Assembly: GCA_903860135.1 (NCBI GenBank)
Contig: CAIOPG010000017.1
Location: 75,364 to 139,363, forward strand
Direction of reading: 5' to 3'
Length of the DNA stretch: 64,000 nucleotides
Source of the DNA: Candidatus Omnitrophota bacterium
GTDB taxonomy: Bacteria; Omnitrophota; Gorgyraeia; Zapsychrales; Fredricksoniimonadaceae
The position numbers and the translations under genes were made by a program. A model generated the notes under the pieces. The model did no database searches. It was given only the letters and a program-made list of their open reading frames with translations, and was not told where the DNA came from. This document shows positions 61,521 to 64,000 of this stretch, one piece after another. Numbering within the stretch: the first letter of the stretch is position 1; each line of letters starts with the position of its first letter.

Positions 61521-63843
61521 ACGCTAAATCCAATAATGTTAAACAAAGCCGGACAAAATCCAACCCTGCCGCACGCGCGGCCTTGGGAAGAAGGCTCGTC
61601 GCCGTGAACCCAGGGATGGTATTTATTTCAAGAACATACGGTTGCCCGTCTTCGCCTAAAAGGACATCCACACGGCCAAAACCATCACACCCGACGGCAC
61701 GATACGCCTTCAGCGCTTCGGCCTGCACCAGCAAAGCTGTTTCCGAAGAAAGGTCAGCTGGCACGGTGTAACGGGTATCCTGACTCTTGTACTTGGCCTG
61801 AAAATCAAAAAAACCGTGTGTGTCGCTCGCGCAGATCTCAACCACAGGAAGCACCTGTTCCCCAACAAACCCGACCGTCAACTCCCGGCCTTTCACATAT
61901 TGCTGAACAACAACCTCCTGGCCGTATTCACGCGCCTTCCTCAGCGCGGCCATCAACCCTTCATGATCAACAGCGAGGTTGACGCCAATACTTGACCCTT
62001 CACAGGCCGGCTTGACAACCAGGGGGAATCCGCCAAACGCTTGCGGTGCCCATCCTTTTTCAGGTATGCCGGAACCGCTCAATAATAACGTTTTAGGTGT
62101 AATAATATCATGCGCTTCAAAGATTTGCTGGGTTGCCCCCTTGTGAAAAGCCGCCGCGCTTGCAACCGGGTCACAACCATTATAAGGGATATCGAGTTCT
62201 TCCAGAACTTTCTGTATCCCTCCGTCTTCACCGAACCTGCCATGCAGGGCAATGAAGGCCGTATCAATCTTCTGGTCCCTGATCCATTCCCTGACCTCAT
62301 CATGATTTTCACTGGCAAGGTCAAGCCGCTTCACGTCACAACCTGCCTGGGACAACGCCTCAAAGACAGCGGCTCCCGATCGGAGAGAAACCTCCCGTTC
62401 AGATGAGCACCCGCCCATGATCACGCCCACACAGCCAAACTCCCGCACCTGTGACTGACGTGCCGCCAGACGCTTGGCCAGTTCATCTGAAATATGGGTC
62501 ACATCCCCGGCACCGAGCGTAAGGACAACATCACCCGGACGGACAATCCCAAGCAAATGATCAACGATCCGCCCTTTTTCAAGATGAAGAATATCCAGCG
62601 GCTGTTTTTGACGGATCTTTTCCATCAGCACAGCGGTCGTAATACCCTCGATCGGCTTTTCACTGGCCGCATAGATATCCATAAGGATCAAGTGATCCAC
62701 CCCTCCGAAACAACCGGCAAACCCATCCATCAAGAACTTGGTACGGCTGTAGCGGTGTGGCTGAAAAACGACAATGATACGGCGACGATCTAGCGTAACC
62801 GCCGTCTGCAAAGTCGCCGCGATCTCGGTAGGATGATGCCCGTAATCGTCGATGACAAGGACGCCTCCCGCCTCGCCCTTGTGTTCAAAACGCCGCCGAA
62901 CCCCCCTGAAAGTCTTCAAGGTATCCTCAATGACAGCAAGGTCGATCTTTAAAGCATGACCGAGGGCGATCACCGCGAGCGAATTCTGAACATTATGTTC
63001 CCCGGGAATGCCCAGCTCAAAGCGCTTGATCAATTCTCCTTGATAATGACAATCAAAAGACGAACCAGAAGCTTCCAGACTGATCTTCGAGGCCACCCAC
63101 GCGTTATGCCGGCCGAAGCCATACGTAGTAAAGCGACGGGAACTCGCGGCGACAATGCCGGGAAGATGCTTGTCATCACCGCAAATGATCAGCAGCCCGT
63201 TGGCTACTGTACGATTAACAAACTTCGTATAGGCATCAAAAATATTATCCCAGGTATGATAAAAATCAACATGCTCAAAATCCATGTTAGTAATAATGGA
63301 AAAATGTGGCGAAAAATATAAAAAAGATCCGTCGCTCTCATCCACCTCGGCAACCATGTGCCGGCCGATGCCCAGCGTGGCATTATAATCCCCCTGATGG
63401 ACGATCCCGCCGACAGCCGTCGTCGGCTTCAATCCCGCGTTGATCAACAAATAGGATGCCAGCGAAGAGGTTGTGGTCTTGCCGTGCGCTCCGGCTACGG
63501 TAATGCCAACTTCTTTGTTGACCAGCTGGGCAAGCAGTTCAGCGCGACGCAGGACAGGTATGTGACGGCTGAAAGACTGGAACATCTCAGGATTATCCGC
63601 CTTGACGGCCGAAGAATAAACAACATAATCCGCGCCTTCAATATGGCGGACATCATGCCCGATAAATACGGTGGCTCCATTTTGCCGCAGGCGGCGCGTC
63701 AGCTCACCTTCTTTCTGATCCGACCCACTAACGGTATAACCTTTGGCCAGCATGAGCAGGGCAAGATTCCCCATCCCCATCCCGCCGATACCGATGAAAT
63801 GATAATGTTTTGAATCTTTCCTGTTTTTAACGGCGCGCTTCAT
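61489..63843 (-). CDS. murC: bifunctional UDP-N-acetylmuramate--L-alanine ligase / D-alanine--D-alanine ligase (MurC-Ddl fusion)
   Basis: 784 aa; N-terminal MurC (…HFIGIGGMGM…, …GAHGKTTTSS…), C-terminal ATP-grasp Ddl (…GCVGVIMGGCSSEREVSLRSG…, …EINTIPGFTATS…). Confidence 0.85.
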   Translation of the reverse strand: MKRAVKNRKDSKHYHFIGIGGMGMGNLALLMLAKGYTVSGSDQKEGELTRRLRQNGATVFIGHDVRHIEGADYVVYSSAVKADNPEMFQSFSRHIPVLRRAELLAQLVNKEVGITVAGAHGKTTTSSLASYLLINAGLKPTTAVGGIVHQGDYNATLGIGRHMVAEVDESDGSFLYFSPHFSIITNMDFEHVDFYHTWDNIFDAYTKFVNRTVANGLLIICGDDKHLPGIVAASSRRFTTYGFGRHNAWVASKISLEASGSSFDCHYQGELIKRFELGIPGEHNVQNSLAVIALGHALKIDLAVIEDTLKTFRGVRRRFEHKGEAGGVLVIDDYGHHPTEIAATLQTAVTLDRRRIIVVFQPHRYSRTKFLMDGFAGCFGGVDHLILMDIYAASEKPIEGITTAVLMEKIRQKQPLDILHLEKGRIVDHLLGIVRPGDVVLTLGAGDVTHISDELAKRLAARQSQVREFGCVGVIMGGCSSEREVSLRSGAAVFEALSQAGCDVKRLDLASENHDEVREWIRDQKIDTAFIALHGRFGEDGGIQKVLEELDIPYNGCDPVASAAAFHKGATQQIFEAHDIITPKTLLLSGSGIPEKGWAPQAFGGFPLVVKPACEGSSIGVNLAVDHEGLMAALRKAREYGQEVVVQQYVKGRELTVGFVGEQVLPVVEICASDTHGFFDFQAKYKSQDTRYTVPADLSSETALLVQAEALKAYRAVGCDGFGRVDVLLGEDGQPYVLEINTIPGFTATSLLPKAARAAGLDFVRLCLTLLDLAYGKKKTNTSL

Positions 63844-63897
63844 TCAGACATCTCCCCATTATTTCCTAGACCGGACAACAGCTCCTGTCATCCGCAC

Positions 63898-64000
63898 ATT
63901 ATCGTACAATTCCCGCATCGGCCACCCGCAGTAATTCCTCGGCGAGACGTAACGCACCGTCGTTAACAAAGTCATTCTGAAGTATTCTGCGATTTTTATT
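63898..64000 (-). CDS. C-terminal fragment of upstream gene (position consistent with murG), partial
   Basis: Open minus-strand frame …ILQNDFVNDGALRLAEELLRVADAGIVR* entering from window end. Confidence 0.3.

Overview
This is a 64-kb chromosomal window from a bacterium whose 16S rRNA carries the PVC-superphylum-like signature 'GCTGCAGTCGAGAAT'. It also has a MurC-Ddl fusion and an ftsQ-ftsA cluster with no ftsZ. All protein genes lie on the minus strand except one small ORF.

Core content, in order:
- An iron-uptake module: feoB, then a DtxR-family regulator whose ORF has no stop codon and continues in frame into a TonB-dependent receptor.
- A split transketolase.
- A roughly 14-kb mosaic accessory/defence island (about 6.1-20.0 kb).
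- A metabolic block: fba, prepilin peptidase, aroE, leuA-family, ilvC, pfkA, a DUF4139 protein, ahcY, metK, a sugar-phosphate nucleotidyltransferase, ptsI-ptsH-yvcK-ptsN.
- tRNA-Gly, tRNA-Leu and tRNA-Lys, with a duplicated tRNA-Leu 3' end.
- frr-pyrH-tsf-rpsB and tRNA-Ser.
- A 1,231-aa secreted protein with mosaic base composition.
- A complete rRNA operon (16S, tRNA-Ile, tRNA-Ala, 23S, 5S) with two TTGACA promoters.
- Cell-envelope and housekeeping genes: hldD, malQ, REC-EAL, folA, thyA, prmA, gpmA, queA, ftsA, ftsQ, murC-ddl.

The island carries:
- A RhuM-family protein.
- A DUF234 ATPase.
- A 326-aa wHTH protein.
- One intact dinD-like gene plus two dinD remnants.
- A DUF559 remnant.
- An AbiEi/AbiEii pair.
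- An AT-rich 4-TM membrane protein.
- A type III R-M locus (res plus a C-terminally truncated mod) and an AT-rich small ORF.

It is punctuated by a family of repeats not described elsewhere: a 31-45-bp core at six sites, with 140-bp extended versions, sitting at the 3' boundary of gene modules. A 45-bp inverted-repeat pair brackets about 10 kb of the island.

The supplied ORF track omits the DtxR-family regulator/TonB receptor reading frame, which has no stop inside the window. Coordinates I derived by reading the sequence may be off by 1-2 nt.
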